A stretch of 64,000 nt of DNA from a virus. Its lineage: Duplodnaviria > Heunggongvirae > Uroviricota > Caudoviricetes. The position numbers and the translations under genes are program-made. The notes under the pieces were generated by a model, which had not been told where the DNA came from, did not search any database, and was given only the letters and a program-made list of their open reading frames with translations. Shown piece by piece: positions 28,390 through 38,623 of this stretch. The stretch spans positions 1-64,000 of IMG/VR virus record IMGVR_UViG_3300036770_004943; one strand, given 5' to 3'. Positions within the stretch are counted from its first letter, which is position 1. The number at the start of each line of letters is the position of its first letter.

Positions 28390-31068
28390 ATGCCTTTTTA
28401 TACAAGACCCAATTTTGAAGATAGACAGATTGTACAGTACAGTGCTACTTCAATTACATTATCAGGTAATACAAATATAAATCAAACAGGACAAATTAAT
28501 ATATTTGGACCTATTTTGGATTTTACTGGTACCACAACAGCTAGTACTTTATATACTGTTGCGGGACTTTCAGGGTACCTTAATTATGGTAATATATCAG
28601 GTTTAAAAGTAGAACCACCTGTTTTATATATAAGTGGATCGACAGGTACTACAACTGTCGATATAACAGGTTATTATTTAGGTTCTTTAGATTCTGGTGG
28701 TACTGTGACTTGGATTACTCCCGTTAGTAGTACATTTACAGGTGGTACAGGTTCTTGTATTACTGATTTATATGTTACAAATATTCACGGGTGTTCACCC
28801 ATAACAATATGGGATCAAATACAATACAATGGAAGTAGTGCGATAACACAGTACAGTACTTCTTTTGGTTATTTAACAAAAGCGGAAGGTAATTTTTCAC
28901 ACTCAGAAGGTTATATATCAATGGCGATAGGAGATTCGTCACATGCTGAGGGTGATAGTACGATAGCTCAAGGTAGTTTTTCACACGCTGAAGGCCAAAG
29001 TGCACAAGCAATAGGACAAGGGTCACATGCGGAAGGTAGGCAAACAATCGCAACTGGTGATACGTCACATGCGGAAGGTTATTTAACAAAGGCTGATGGT
29101 GATTATTCACATTCAGAAGGTAGACAAACAAGTGCGATAGGTTATATTTCACATGCGGAAGGCGGTAATACTATAGCTAGTGGTAATGGTTCACATGCAG
29201 AAGGTAGTTTTACCTCAGCTTTTGGTGACATTTCACATTCAGAAGGTTATTTTACTGTTGCAATAGGTAATTCGTCACATGCTGAGGGTTTTGATACAAT
29301 ATCTGGTTGGAAAGGTTTTTCAGTAATTGATGTGACTAACGGAATTGTAACTTTAGATTCTTCTTATGGTGACGTAACAACCGAATTTCCTAATTTATTT
29401 TTAACAGATAATTGTGTACTAGGTAATATAGTTGTAACTTATAATGCGGTAGTTTATACTGGTACCAGTACCGAATTATATTTAACCGAGAATATAAGTG
29501 GTTTTTATCCTTATGTCGCTGATTTATATTTTTTAAATAGTACTTACGCTAATAATGTTTTAGGTGATTATTCCCACGCTGAAAATGAATCGAAAGCACT
29601 AGGTATTAGTTCCCATGCGGAAGGGACATCAACTTCTCTTGGTTATGTATCTCATGCTGAAGGATTTGGGAATTATGCTATGGGTACTGGATCTCATGCT
29701 GAAGGTAATAATACTAGAGCTATTGGGTCTGGTTCACACAGTCAAGGATATTTTACTGTAGCATCTGGTGACTATTCTTACGCTGGCGGTAATCAAACAC
29801 ATTCAATTGGTGACTACTCTTTTGCCATGGGTCAAGGTCTTATAAGTGATATAGATAACCAGTCAGTTTTTGGTAAATTTAATGTTACAGGTCTCACAAG
29901 TTTATTTGTAATAGGTAACGGTAGCTCAAGTTCTTCTAGAAGTAATTTATTATCTGTAACTGATTTAGGTATTGGTTATGGTGTGGTTAATGTTTCAGGT
30001 AAAACTATAACAACAAACTTACAAATAACATCAGGAGCTACAGCTGGTTATGTTTTAACCGCTTTGGATTCAGATGGTAATGTATCTTGGCAAATACCGG
30101 GTGGAAGTGGTGGTACAACAATAGTACAGTTTACTGGTAACACGTCCGCAAGTTGTATTACCGATTTATATGTACATAATTTATACGGTTGTTCACCTAT
30201 TTTATTACATGACACAATCTCAGGAAATTCAACCAATAATTATTTTGACATCTCATCTACTAATGATAACATAAAATTATATACAAAATATAGTGGATTA
30301 GACACTTTTTTATCAATGGGTAGTGACTATAATGGTGTTAAACTACAATCAGGGACCAACCAATATTTACAACTCGCTGGTGGTGGAGCCACATTTATAG
30401 CACCTAATCAAATATTTTTATCCACTAATAATAAATCATTAAATCAATTAGATTCTTACGGCTTAGAAATAGGTATTCAAGATATTTTAAGTACAGGAGG
30501 TTCAATTTTTAGTGTTAGATCTAACAGTAGTGCGGGTAGTTTAACCGGTGGTAATTTAACCGGTGGTACATTACAGTCTGAAATTATTTTAGGTAAACCC
30601 AACGCCTCCCAAGTAGGATTACCGTCAGGTGTTATGGGTACTGGTTTGGGTACCGGAACCAACATCTATGGGGTGGTTGGTTATGATTTTTACCCAGTTT
30701 TTATATCAACCCCAAGATCTAGAGCATACGACACGTCAACTTACAGCTCAATTAAAAATGTGTTATTTGGTGGTGGTAGTGATAATTCAGTATATAGTGG
30801 TACCACTAATTCATCTTTAATTGGTGGTAGTGGTAATACAATCACCAACAATTTAAAAAATGTTGTCGTATTAGGTGGTGAAGGTATAACCGCAACAACT
30901 TCCAATACGGTTTATGTTCCAGATTTAATAATTAAAAAATCAAACTCCGTACCAACAACAAGCGGTGATACTGTTGGGGATATTGGTTCTGTTACATGGG
31001 ATAATAATTATTTATATGTAAAAACAAATAACGGTTGGGGGAGAGTTAATTTAGATTATAGTTGGTAA
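28390..31068 (+). CDS. Tail fiber / receptor-binding protein (892 aa) with YadA-head-like (Hep_Hag-type) 14-aa tandem repeats.
   Basis: At least 10 consecutive repeats of the form SH(A/S)EGxxTxAxGxx (FSHSEGYISMAIGDSSHAEGDSTIAQGSFSHAEGQSAQAIGQGSHAEG...) and a second block of 5. Also the fiber motif GYVLTALDSDGNVSWQIP. G/T/S/N-rich beta composition. Confidence 0.65.
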   Translation: MPFYTRPNFEDRQIVQYSATSITLSGNTNINQTGQINIFGPILDFTGTTTASTLYTVAGLSGYLNYGNISGLKVEPPVLYISGSTGTTTVDITGYYLGSLDSGGTVTWITPVSSTFTGGTGSCITDLYVTNIHGCSPITIWDQIQYNGSSAITQYSTSFGYLTKAEGNFSHSEGYISMAIGDSSHAEGDSTIAQGSFSHAEGQSAQAIGQGSHAEGRQTIATGDTSHAEGYLTKADGDYSHSEGRQTSAIGYISHAEGGNTIASGNGSHAEGSFTSAFGDISHSEGYFTVAIGNSSHAEGFDTISGWKGFSVIDVTNGIVTLDSSYGDVTTEFPNLFLTDNCVLGNIVVTYNAVVYTGTSTELYLTENISGFYPYVADLYFLNSTYANNVLGDYSHAENESKALGISSHAEGTSTSLGYVSHAEGFGNYAMGTGSHAEGNNTRAIGSGSHSQGYFTVASGDYSYAGGNQTHSIGDYSFAMGQGLISDIDNQSVFGKFNVTGLTSLFVIGNGSSSSSRSNLLSVTDLGIGYGVVNVSGKTITTNLQITSGATAGYVLTALDSDGNVSWQIPGGSGGTTIVQFTGNTSASCITDLYVHNLYGCSPILLHDTISGNSTNNYFDISSTNDNIKLYTKYSGLDTFLSMGSDYNGVKLQSGTNQYLQLAGGGATFIAPNQIFLSTNNKSLNQLDSYGLEIGIQDILSTGGSIFSVRSNSSAGSLTGGNLTGGTLQSEIILGKPNASQVGLPSGVMGTGLGTGTNIYGVVGYDFYPVFISTPRSRAYDTSTYSSIKNVLFGGGSDNSVYSGTTNSSLIGGSGNTITNNLKNVVVLGGEGITATTSNTVYVPDLIIKKSNSVPTTSGDTVGDIGSVTWDNNYLYVKTNNGWGRVNLDYSW
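28870..29300 (+). repeat. In-frame 42-nt tandem repeat (about 10 copies) encoding SHAEG 14-aa units.
   Basis: tcacatgc(g/t)gaaggt recurs every 42 nt: 28897, 28938, 28981, 29023, 29065, 29107, 29149, 29191, 29233, 29275. Confidence 0.7.
29560..29800 (+). repeat. Second block of diverged 42-nt SHAEG-type repeats (about 5 copies).
   Basis: tcccacgctgaaaat / tcccatgcggaaggg / tctcatgctgaagga / tctcatgctgaaggt / tcacacagtcaagga, at 42-nt spacing. Confidence 0.55.
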
Positions 31069-31069
31069 A

Positions 31070-33151
31070 ATGGATATAAAAAACAATTACTATTTTAAAA
31101 GTTTTGAGGGTATAAACTTAGTTTATAACGAATATTGGGATTTTAACCTAATAGCCGATAAAAACGGTGATTTATTACCATATATCACAACTTGTAAAGA
31201 ATCGGATAGTTATGGTATTATTACCGACAAATTAGTAACATGGTTTGATATAAACAACGATGATACAACAATAGATGGTAGTTATTTAAGTTCATTAATC
31301 GAATGGACTGCTACTACAATAACACCTTCAACTGGGTTTACTTTAAACGATTGGGGTTTAACGGGTGTCGACAACGGTAGGGTGTATTGTCTGTCAGGTG
31401 AAAGTTTAGTTATAACTTCAGCTGATACTAAATTAATTTTATACCCAGTTACAGGTATTACCGTAAATTATAATTTTAATTCTGGATGTACGGTTACAAA
31501 TGGTTTATATACTTATAATTGGGCATTTCATGAAAATAATACGATAGGTGATTGTACTGTTGGTGATACTATTTGTTTAAATGGTGGTTTCTACCAAGGA
31601 TTTTTTAAATTAGATAGGGATAAACCCACACCTGTTAAAAGATTAACCGATGACAACTGTGGTACAACTGGTTACACATTAACTTATTTATCGGGTGTAA
31701 CAGAAAATTGGCAAATAATGCCAACCTCTTACGAAGATGGTTGGACGATGGAAACATGGATTAATTGGGACAATCAATTTTGTTTAACAGGATCCACGGG
31801 TTTAACATTAAATAATGTGTACCCTAATAACAGTAACTTCTTTTTTTATATCGGTACTAGATCTGAAAATAAATTTTGGAATAATTTTTCAGGTGAAACC
31901 GGTTTAACTACTACAACAGGTATACCGTTATCTTTAAACGAGACATTGTTATATGACGAGAAAATTGTTGAACCTAATAGTGGACAAAGTTGGTTTACTA
32001 AAAGTTCTAAAATAGGTTGTATATGCCCTTGTCACAATACGTGCCAAACAAATGACTATACTGATAAAAACATTATTACAGGAGGCCAAAATTGGTTTGA
32101 TTTAGGATCAAACACTGTTGGTTGTTGTAGTAATTGTTCTGGTGTTACTGAAACTACTGTGGTTACAGGTATGAGTTATTCTTATTGTGACCAATTATCT
32201 GAAAACGCTTTAGGGTTTAGAATAACTAATGACGGTAGGATTGGTTATAGAAAATTAACTGTAACTGGTGATTGTTATAACAATAAATTTAGGGTAACTG
32301 GAACTGTGATGGAAGAAGGTTACTCGGAACAATATGTTATACCGACTGGTAATACGTGGACTCATATAACTGTTACTTATACACCTGGGGGTTTTAAAAA
32401 TACTTTACCTTCTGGTGTTTTAAAGTTTTGGATTAACGGGTTAGTTAAATATAGAGTTGAAGACTTCATAGGGTTACAACTAAGAGCTCTTAATGAGTGG
32501 AGTGATAAACAAATCGGTGTCCCATTTAATATAAGCTGGGGTGGTGGGACACAAGGTCTAGCGGAAAGTCAAACATTTAACGGTCCTGATTATAATGATA
32601 GAAATTTATTAATAGAACAAAATTTTGCCGGTAATTTTGAGGGTGAATTATCACAATTAAGGTTTTATGAAAAACCACTTAATGTCTTAGAAATTAGAAA
32701 TAATTTTTTTGTAGATTGTAATAGATATTGTAGACCTGACACTTTCGGCGGAGCCCTAACAGTTCAACCAAATTATAGTATGTGTACAAAATGTGGTACG
32801 GTTGTTAAACCAAAATATAAACCTAGAGTTTATTACGGAAAATATATAAACCCAACTATCGATGTTATAGGTGTAAATTCTTTATTAACACAAATAATCA
32901 CAAGTGTTAATAATAACTATGGTATAACAATACCGGCAGGTGGCGGTTATGGTTATATATTAATACCTGTGGACCAAGCACAGCCTAGTGATTTTGTTAA
33001 CAGTACAACTTCTTGTAGTGGGTTTAACATACCTATGATTACACAATCAGTTATAACCGTAACAGACGTTGATGGTTATGATATAAATTACGTTGTTTAC
33101 AGAACTTTTAATTACATTAACGGTAACATTAATGTTTGGTTGTGTAGTTAA
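31070..33151 (+). CDS. Tail fiber / receptor-binding protein (693 aa) with Cys-rich segment and C-terminal LamG/concanavalin-like domain.
   Basis: Cys cluster CICPCHNTCQ...GCCSNCSG. C-terminal half has WTHITVTYTPGG...LKFWINGLVKYRV...GNFEGELSQLRFYEKPLNVLEIRNNF, matching the Laminin_G_3 jelly-roll pattern (W.H..., ..NG......, F.G.I..LR.Y...L...EI..). Confidence 0.55.
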   Translation: MDIKNNYYFKSFEGINLVYNEYWDFNLIADKNGDLLPYITTCKESDSYGIITDKLVTWFDINNDDTTIDGSYLSSLIEWTATTITPSTGFTLNDWGLTGVDNGRVYCLSGESLVITSADTKLILYPVTGITVNYNFNSGCTVTNGLYTYNWAFHENNTIGDCTVGDTICLNGGFYQGFFKLDRDKPTPVKRLTDDNCGTTGYTLTYLSGVTENWQIMPTSYEDGWTMETWINWDNQFCLTGSTGLTLNNVYPNNSNFFFYIGTRSENKFWNNFSGETGLTTTTGIPLSLNETLLYDEKIVEPNSGQSWFTKSSKIGCICPCHNTCQTNDYTDKNIITGGQNWFDLGSNTVGCCSNCSGVTETTVVTGMSYSYCDQLSENALGFRITNDGRIGYRKLTVTGDCYNNKFRVTGTVMEEGYSEQYVIPTGNTWTHITVTYTPGGFKNTLPSGVLKFWINGLVKYRVEDFIGLQLRALNEWSDKQIGVPFNISWGGGTQGLAESQTFNGPDYNDRNLLIEQNFAGNFEGELSQLRFYEKPLNVLEIRNNFFVDCNRYCRPDTFGGALTVQPNYSMCTKCGTVVKPKYKPRVYYGKYINPTIDVIGVNSLLTQIITSVNNNYGITIPAGGGYGYILIPVDQAQPSDFVNSTTSCSGFNIPMITQSVITVTDVDGYDINYVVYRTFNYINGNINVWLCS

Positions 33152-36100
33152 CTTAAAGTAGGGTCTTCCAATAAACCACTTGTACCATATATTGATTCTA
33201 TGACTGAAGGGTTATTTTTTGACAACCCATTTGATAGTTGATTTGGATAGAATTTAATACCAATATTGTTACCACCATTCCCTTTATTCGTTAAAACAGT
33301 TAATTGATTTTTTATTGGTGTAGTTGCTCTCGTAATATTAACAAATTTTGTGAATTTTTCTTTTTCGTCTAAAAAAGTTATAGTATAATTAGAAGTAGTT
33401 GTTGGTCTTATTTGTGTTATAGTGTCTGAAGAACCACAAAAAAATTCGTTCATAGTTATATTCATACCAGACCTAATAAAAACAGATTTCCAAACAATAT
33501 TATCCATATTCATTAAATTATATGTAGAAGTTGCGGCAATTTGTAATGATAATGTAGAATTTTTAGCAATAACTTTACCCCTATTATATATTAGTGACGA
33601 ACCAGAAGACCCGACAGCATTTTGTGATCCAAAATAAAAAATTGTGGGGAAAGTTATAGTGCCAGAAGTGTCTATAATTATTTTATTAGTTATTGCGGAT
33701 GTCGTGGTAATTGTCCCAGCTCCAACCATAATTATCTCGGCAGTTCCGAAATAATGTCCAGAGTGACCAACACCACCAGTGACAGTTAAATTTCTATTTA
33801 CATATATTTTTGAATTGTTTATCGCGATAGCCGCCCCAGTAGAAGCACCCTCCAAAAGTAAATTGTTTGTGTATATGTTTGAATTTGAAAAATTATTAAT
33901 AAAGTATGCACTAGTTGAAAATGCAAACCTCATAGTGTCACAAAAAATGTCATAACCACCATTAATATTTATAGTTGAAGCTATTTGGGGTATTGTTAAA
34001 ATACCGTAAGTATTTATAGGATTTTGTAAAGTAACATTAGAAGATCCTATATAAATACTACCCCAAGATATTTGTGGGATATTAAGTATTGGTGAACCAT
34101 TGACAAATAAACCATTACCATTAACATTAATATTATCATTTAAATTTAAAAATGTACCAGAACCATAATATATATTAGTACCAAAGGTTAATATACCACT
34201 AAGTTTATTGATAGTAATATTATTACTTAAATAAACTGAGGAAGAATGCGTCCAAGTTTGATCACCAGACCCATTTATTAATATATTGACACTTCCACTA
34301 CTGGTGTTACTAATTAATAAATTACCAGTAACGTTAATATTTTTTGTGTTACCACTTGACCCATTAACAACACCACCTAAAGTTAATAGATTACTACAAC
34401 TTAAATCACCAGTTAAAATTGTTGGATTAGAAGATGTCATTGTTATATCAGAAAAAGTATAACCAGTAATACTACCAGGAGTTGTCACATTCGATGTATT
34501 AGTAAAACTTATTTTAGATGTTGGAGTCGGTGTAAATGAACCTAAACCAGAAAACGCTGGTGCTCCAGTAGTAACCGACCATAAGTTACTCCAAGTCAAA
34601 TCGCTTAATAAATTTATTGTCCCACTAAAACTGGTATTTAAATCATACCAAGTTATTGGGTTAGTATTTAAATTACAACTAGAATTTATGTTTAAAGTAC
34701 TTAAATAGGTCGTAGTATCAACTACACCTGAAGTATATGTTAAAGTACCATTCCTATAGTAAACATTTGACCCTATAGTTAAAGTACTACCAGTAGATTT
34801 GTTTATGATTAAATCATTATATAAGTAAACTGATGAAGAATGTGACCAAGTTTGATTACCACTACCATTTAAATATATTGGTGTCGATAATCCACTTGTT
34901 GTTGTACCAATAGTTAAATTACCAGTAACATTTATATTATTTGTACCACTAAAAACTACTGCGGTCGATGTTGTGTAAAGATTTGTGATATTTAAATCAC
35001 TTTGTAATGTAGTGTTACCCACCACATATAGATCACCTAAATCCAAGGTATTTAAATCTAGTATAGATGAGATAGTATAAAAAGGTACTGTTGTTAGTAT
35101 ATTTCCAGTACCAGTATTTTTTAATTTACCAGAATAGTAAAAAATTTTCTGATTAGAGGTAAAGTTTATTGAAGTAGAACCACTATTGTTAAAAGTTATT
35201 GGAAAATAATATGTAAATGAGTTTCCACCGCCATGAGACCAAGAACTACCTTCCATAATAATTTCAGTAGTACCATAAGCCGAACCATTAACACTCCAAG
35301 CAATAGAACTTGGTTGAGAACTATTAAAACTATTTTTGACAGTAATAGTACCATTATTTATTGTAGGATAATAAAGCCCACCACTATAAACACCCCATTT
35401 AGCTACATAAACATTTAAATTATTTACTATTAAATTATTTGGTAAATTAAATGTAGTTTGTACATTACCAGGATTTGAGGCTGAATCTAATAATTTACCA
35501 ACATAAAGTTGGTTTGATACTGAGACCGTATTCCCTGTAGTTAAGAAATTTATGGTAGTGTTTGTTGCTGTATTATTATAATTCACATAAAGATTTGTTA
35601 ATTCAAAATCTGAATTAATTAGTGTAATATTAGTCAAACCATAAAGATTAACAGAATTCCATTTAATCGTTGGGGTATTAAAAGTTGTACTTGCATTAAT
35701 CCACAGAGTAGAACCAGTGGTAATAACAGATGTGGTTGCACCAGTATTATAAATGAACATACCAGTACTGTAGTAAACATTTCCATTCACAATAAAATCA
35801 CCGTTTGATTTGTTTATTGTTAAGTTATTAGTTAAAAAAGCGGAAGCAGACCAAGTTTGAGTACCAGATCCTTTTATTAGTAAACCTACACTTCCACTTG
35901 TAGACCCATTAACAGTTAAATTACCATCAACATATAATGTTTTTGTCCCAAAAGTACTATTTAAGATAGATGCTGTGATTAAATTACCATTAACATTTAA
36001 ATCACTATCGGTAGTTATTGTACCATTACCTATTAAAGAAACATTATTAAAATTTAATGTACCAAAATTTACTAATTTAGAAGAAGATCCGACATTTAAA

Positions 36101-37527
36101 GTTGATCCAGTGGTAATGATAGTACCACCACTATAAGTTAAAGTATTTGTTTGATAGTAAACACTGCCGTTTAAAGTTAAATTACCAGAAGATTTATTTA
36201 TAGTTAAATTATTGCTTAGATATGATGTAGAAGACCAAGTTTGATCCCCAACACCATTTAAAACTATATTAGCAGTACCACTTGTTGTACTATTTAACGT
36301 TAAATTACCACCAACATTAATATTATACAACCCATTAATTGTTATCGGATTTGTTTGAGTTAATAAATTTCCACTTACATTAAAATCACTATTTAAGGTT
36401 ACTGTAGATGTACCATTCATAGTAACGTTATTCCAAGTCATACCAGAAGTATCTAAAGTAATGTTTAGGGTTGTGAATAATGTTGAACCTGTTGTCACCA
36501 CATTTCCGTTTAAATGAATAATTGAATTTGATTCTTTACAAACTGTGCCCGAAACATTTAAAGTACCACCAGACTTATCTATAATTAGAGTGTTACGTAA
36601 AGCTGAAGTAGTACCCAGACCGTACCATATTTGATTTTCACCTCCTTTAAAAAACACAGTAGAAGTACCATAAATGTCTGCATTTGTAATATTGTTTACG
36701 TTAACTAGTAGATCACCATATAAGTTAATATCAGAACCATTCACATTAATACCAGAATAATTTGTAAAAGTACCACCAACATTTAGAGGACTATCTAATG
36801 TTATTGTACCCCCAACATATACAGTATTCCATGTCATACCACTAGTATCTAAAATAGTACCTGAGTAGTTAAAACAATATAAAGTAGATCCAGTAACAAC
36901 AACATCACCTTTAACGTATTTTAAGGTAGCTCCACCATGACTAACTGTGCCCGAAATGTATAAAGTACCAGTTGTATCTATTGTTAAATTTTTTCTAACA
37001 TATTTTGAAGTGCTGGTATTAGTCCAAGTACCATTTCCGTTAAAAACAAGAGTACTATCCCCAAGAATGATGGTATCAACATTGATTGAAGAAACGTACA
37101 TTGTGTTTGAATTTATGGTTGCTGATCCTGTTGTTTGGAATGTTACTAAATCAGTAAAAGTCCAATTATCAGCTAAAGTAAAAGTGATAAAATTAACACC
37201 ACCAAAGGTAAATTTTCTACTCCAAACAACACCATTACTGGTTAAAGTACTTGTATTAGTAACTATAATACCATTTGTACCTGACTGTATATAATTACCT
37301 AAACCTAAGTTAATATTGTTTGATACTGTTAACGTGTTATCAAAAGTGACTGTACCACTATAACTACCAAAATTTATTGATTTAGCTACAGCACCAGAAG
37401 TTATTACTAGATTACCTGAATCTCCACTAAAAATAACATCGTCCGCAGTAGTAGGTACGACACCCTCAACCCAAGTTGAAGTTGAATTGTAATTACCTCC
37501 AGTTGATGATACGGTTCTTATTGCCAT
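33148..37527 (-). CDS. Giant repeat-containing tail fiber/spike protein (1459 aa), beta-helix-like.
   Basis: At least 5 copies of a roughly 150-aa unit (GNLTxNxTTSGxxNIxLNGSGDQTWSxxSxLxNNLTINKSxGxLTxNGxVYYxxxTLTYxGGxxxTTGSTL). Composition N/T/S/G-rich. Confidence 0.65.
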   Translation of the reverse strand: MAIRTVSSTGGNYNSTSTWVEGVVPTTADDVIFSGDSGNLVITSGAVAKSINFGSYSGTVTFDNTLTVSNNINLGLGNYIQSGTNGIIVTNTSTLTSNGVVWSRKFTFGGVNFITFTLADNWTFTDLVTFQTTGSATINSNTMYVSSINVDTIILGDSTLVFNGNGTWTNTSTSKYVRKNLTIDTTGTLYISGTVSHGGATLKYVKGDVVVTGSTLYCFNYSGTILDTSGMTWNTVYVGGTITLDSPLNVGGTFTNYSGINVNGSDINLYGDLLVNVNNITNADIYGTSTVFFKGGENQIWYGLGTTSALRNTLIIDKSGGTLNVSGTVCKESNSIIHLNGNVVTTGSTLFTTLNITLDTSGMTWNNVTMNGTSTVTLNSDFNVSGNLLTQTNPITINGLYNINVGGNLTLNSTTSGTANIVLNGVGDQTWSSTSYLSNNLTINKSSGNLTLNGSVYYQTNTLTYSGGTIITTGSTLNVGSSSKLVNFGTLNFNNVSLIGNGTITTDSDLNVNGNLITASILNSTFGTKTLYVDGNLTVNGSTSGSVGLLIKGSGTQTWSASAFLTNNLTINKSNGDFIVNGNVYYSTGMFIYNTGATTSVITTGSTLWINASTTFNTPTIKWNSVNLYGLTNITLINSDFELTNLYVNYNNTATNTTINFLTTGNTVSVSNQLYVGKLLDSASNPGNVQTTFNLPNNLIVNNLNVYVAKWGVYSGGLYYPTINNGTITVKNSFNSSQPSSIAWSVNGSAYGTTEIIMEGSSWSHGGGNSFTYYFPITFNNSGSTSINFTSNQKIFYYSGKLKNTGTGNILTTVPFYTISSILDLNTLDLGDLYVVGNTTLQSDLNITNLYTTSTAVVFSGTNNINVTGNLTIGTTTSGLSTPIYLNGSGNQTWSHSSSVYLYNDLIINKSTGSTLTIGSNVYYRNGTLTYTSGVVDTTTYLSTLNINSSCNLNTNPITWYDLNTSFSGTINLLSDLTWSNLWSVTTGAPAFSGLGSFTPTPTSKISFTNTSNVTTPGSITGYTFSDITMTSSNPTILTGDLSCSNLLTLGGVVNGSSGNTKNINVTGNLLISNTSSGSVNILINGSGDQTWTHSSSVYLSNNITINKLSGILTFGTNIYYGSGTFLNLNDNINVNGNGLFVNGSPILNIPQISWGSIYIGSSNVTLQNPINTYGILTIPQIASTININGGYDIFCDTMRFAFSTSAYFINNFSNSNIYTNNLLLEGASTGAAIAINNSKIYVNRNLTVTGGVGHSGHYFGTAEIIMVGAGTITTTSAITNKIIIDTSGTITFPTIFYFGSQNAVGSSGSSLIYNRGKVIAKNSTLSLQIAATSTYNLMNMDNIVWKSVFIRSGMNITMNEFFCGSSDTITQIRPTTTSNYTITFLDEKEKFTKFVNITRATTPIKNQLTVLTNKGNGGNNIGIKFYPNQLSNGLSKNNPSVIESIYGTSGLLEDPTLS

Positions 37528-37531
37528 TTAA

Positions 37532-37771
37532 TTATAAATCTTGTATCTGATTTATTGGAAGTTCGTTAATTACATTTTGTAACGATTCGATATAGTTAAT
37601 TTTAATCTGCTCAGTAGACGCTCTATTCAATATGTTATTAATAACTTCTTGTGAAGATTTAGGCATAAAATGAGGGATGTCTACCACAATTATTTTACCA
37701 TCAAAATCATACTCAACTTCTGTGAATAAAGTTTCATCTATGGTTTTTGTGTTTAAAATCTTATATGTCAT
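37532..37771 (-). CDS. Small hypothetical protein (79 aa).
   Basis: ORF 4 nt downstream of the giant fiber gene start region. Fiber assembly or chaperone candidate by position only. Confidence 0.4.
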   Translation of the reverse strand: MTYKILNTKTIDETLFTEVEYDFDGKIIVVDIPHFMPKSSQEVINNILNRASTEQIKINYIESLQNVINELPINQIQDL

Positions 37772-37793
37772 ATTTTTTATATTTCAAATTAAT

Positions 37794-38243
37794 TTAATAA
37801 TCCCCACCATAAACTGTTACATCATAATAACCACCACTATTTTGATTATTACTCATAGAAACCCATAAACATTGTCCTGGTGATAAAAATAAGGGTGTGG
37901 TGAATGATATTGTTGATGTACTACCTATTGCTGAAGCTGATGAAGTTACCGCGGGTAATACAATCTCTTTTATCAGTCTTGGGTTAGATCCTATAGTATC
38001 ACTACATAAAAAAACTCTACCAACAGAAACGACAGACACCCTATCACTGAGTGTTTGTCCGCTAGAAGAATGGGTAAAATCTATAGATTCTACTCTACTA
38101 CCATTGGTCCCCGCGGAGAATAATAATTGAGCTCCTGTAGTATTGGACAAATCTCTTGTCGTATTTGCGGTAGTTAATCTAACCCCAGTAACAATACCCT
38201 TGTTTGCGGTTGTTATGAAAATCGGTTTTGTATTTGCTGGCAT
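37794..38243 (-). CDS. Hypothetical protein (149 aa), S/T-rich.
   Basis: ORF in fiber gene cluster. Confidence 0.5.
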   Translation of the reverse strand: MPANTKPIFITTANKGIVTGVRLTTANTTRDLSNTTGAQLLFSAGTNGSRVESIDFTHSSSGQTLSDRVSVVSVGRVFLCSDTIGSNPRLIKEIVLPAVTSSASAIGSTSTISFTTPLFLSPGQCLWVSMSNNQNSGGYYDVTVYGGDY

Positions 38244-38265
38244 TTTTTAAATTTTTTAAAATTTG

Positions 38266-38562
38266 TTATATAAAATTATAGTAATTGAATAAGAATGAAG
38301 GTGATGAATCTAATTCTTCCCCACTTGAATATATTGTTGTTGCTGAAATTACTGTAGTATAAACAGTAGAAGCTGATATTGTTGGTACGGATATGGTTAA
38401 CCCATAATAAGTATTTGCACTAATACTGTCAGTATCTATCACATTACTGTTAACAGTAGTGACATTTATATTGTTTCCATTAAATGTTGTTGCTGATAAA
38501 TTACCGATTACTATAGAATCGTTGTTGGATATAAATCCATTTTTTATATTGAATTCGTTCAT
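38266..38562 (-). CDS. Small hypothetical protein (98 aa), N/T/S-rich.
   Basis: ORF preceded by a motif-like sequence (ACATATTTATATTAAATAAC on the minus strand). Confidence 0.4.
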   Translation of the reverse strand: MNEFNIKNGFISNNDSIVIGNLSATTFNGNNINVTTVNSNVIDTDSISANTYYGLTISVPTISASTVYTTVISATTIYSSGEELDSSPSFLFNYYNFI

Positions 38563-38623
38563 AATTATTACTTTCCCTATCCAGTAATGTTATTTAATAT
38601 AAATATGTTGTAATTATAAAATG

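Noticed and set aside
28870-29800. Regular 42-nt repeats as a possible CRISPR array or non-coding tandem repeat
   Set aside because: The repeats are in-frame and inside a long ORF, and the period is a multiple of 3 encoding a 14-aa unit. There is no repeat-spacer organisation and there are no cas genes. This is a coding tandem repeat.
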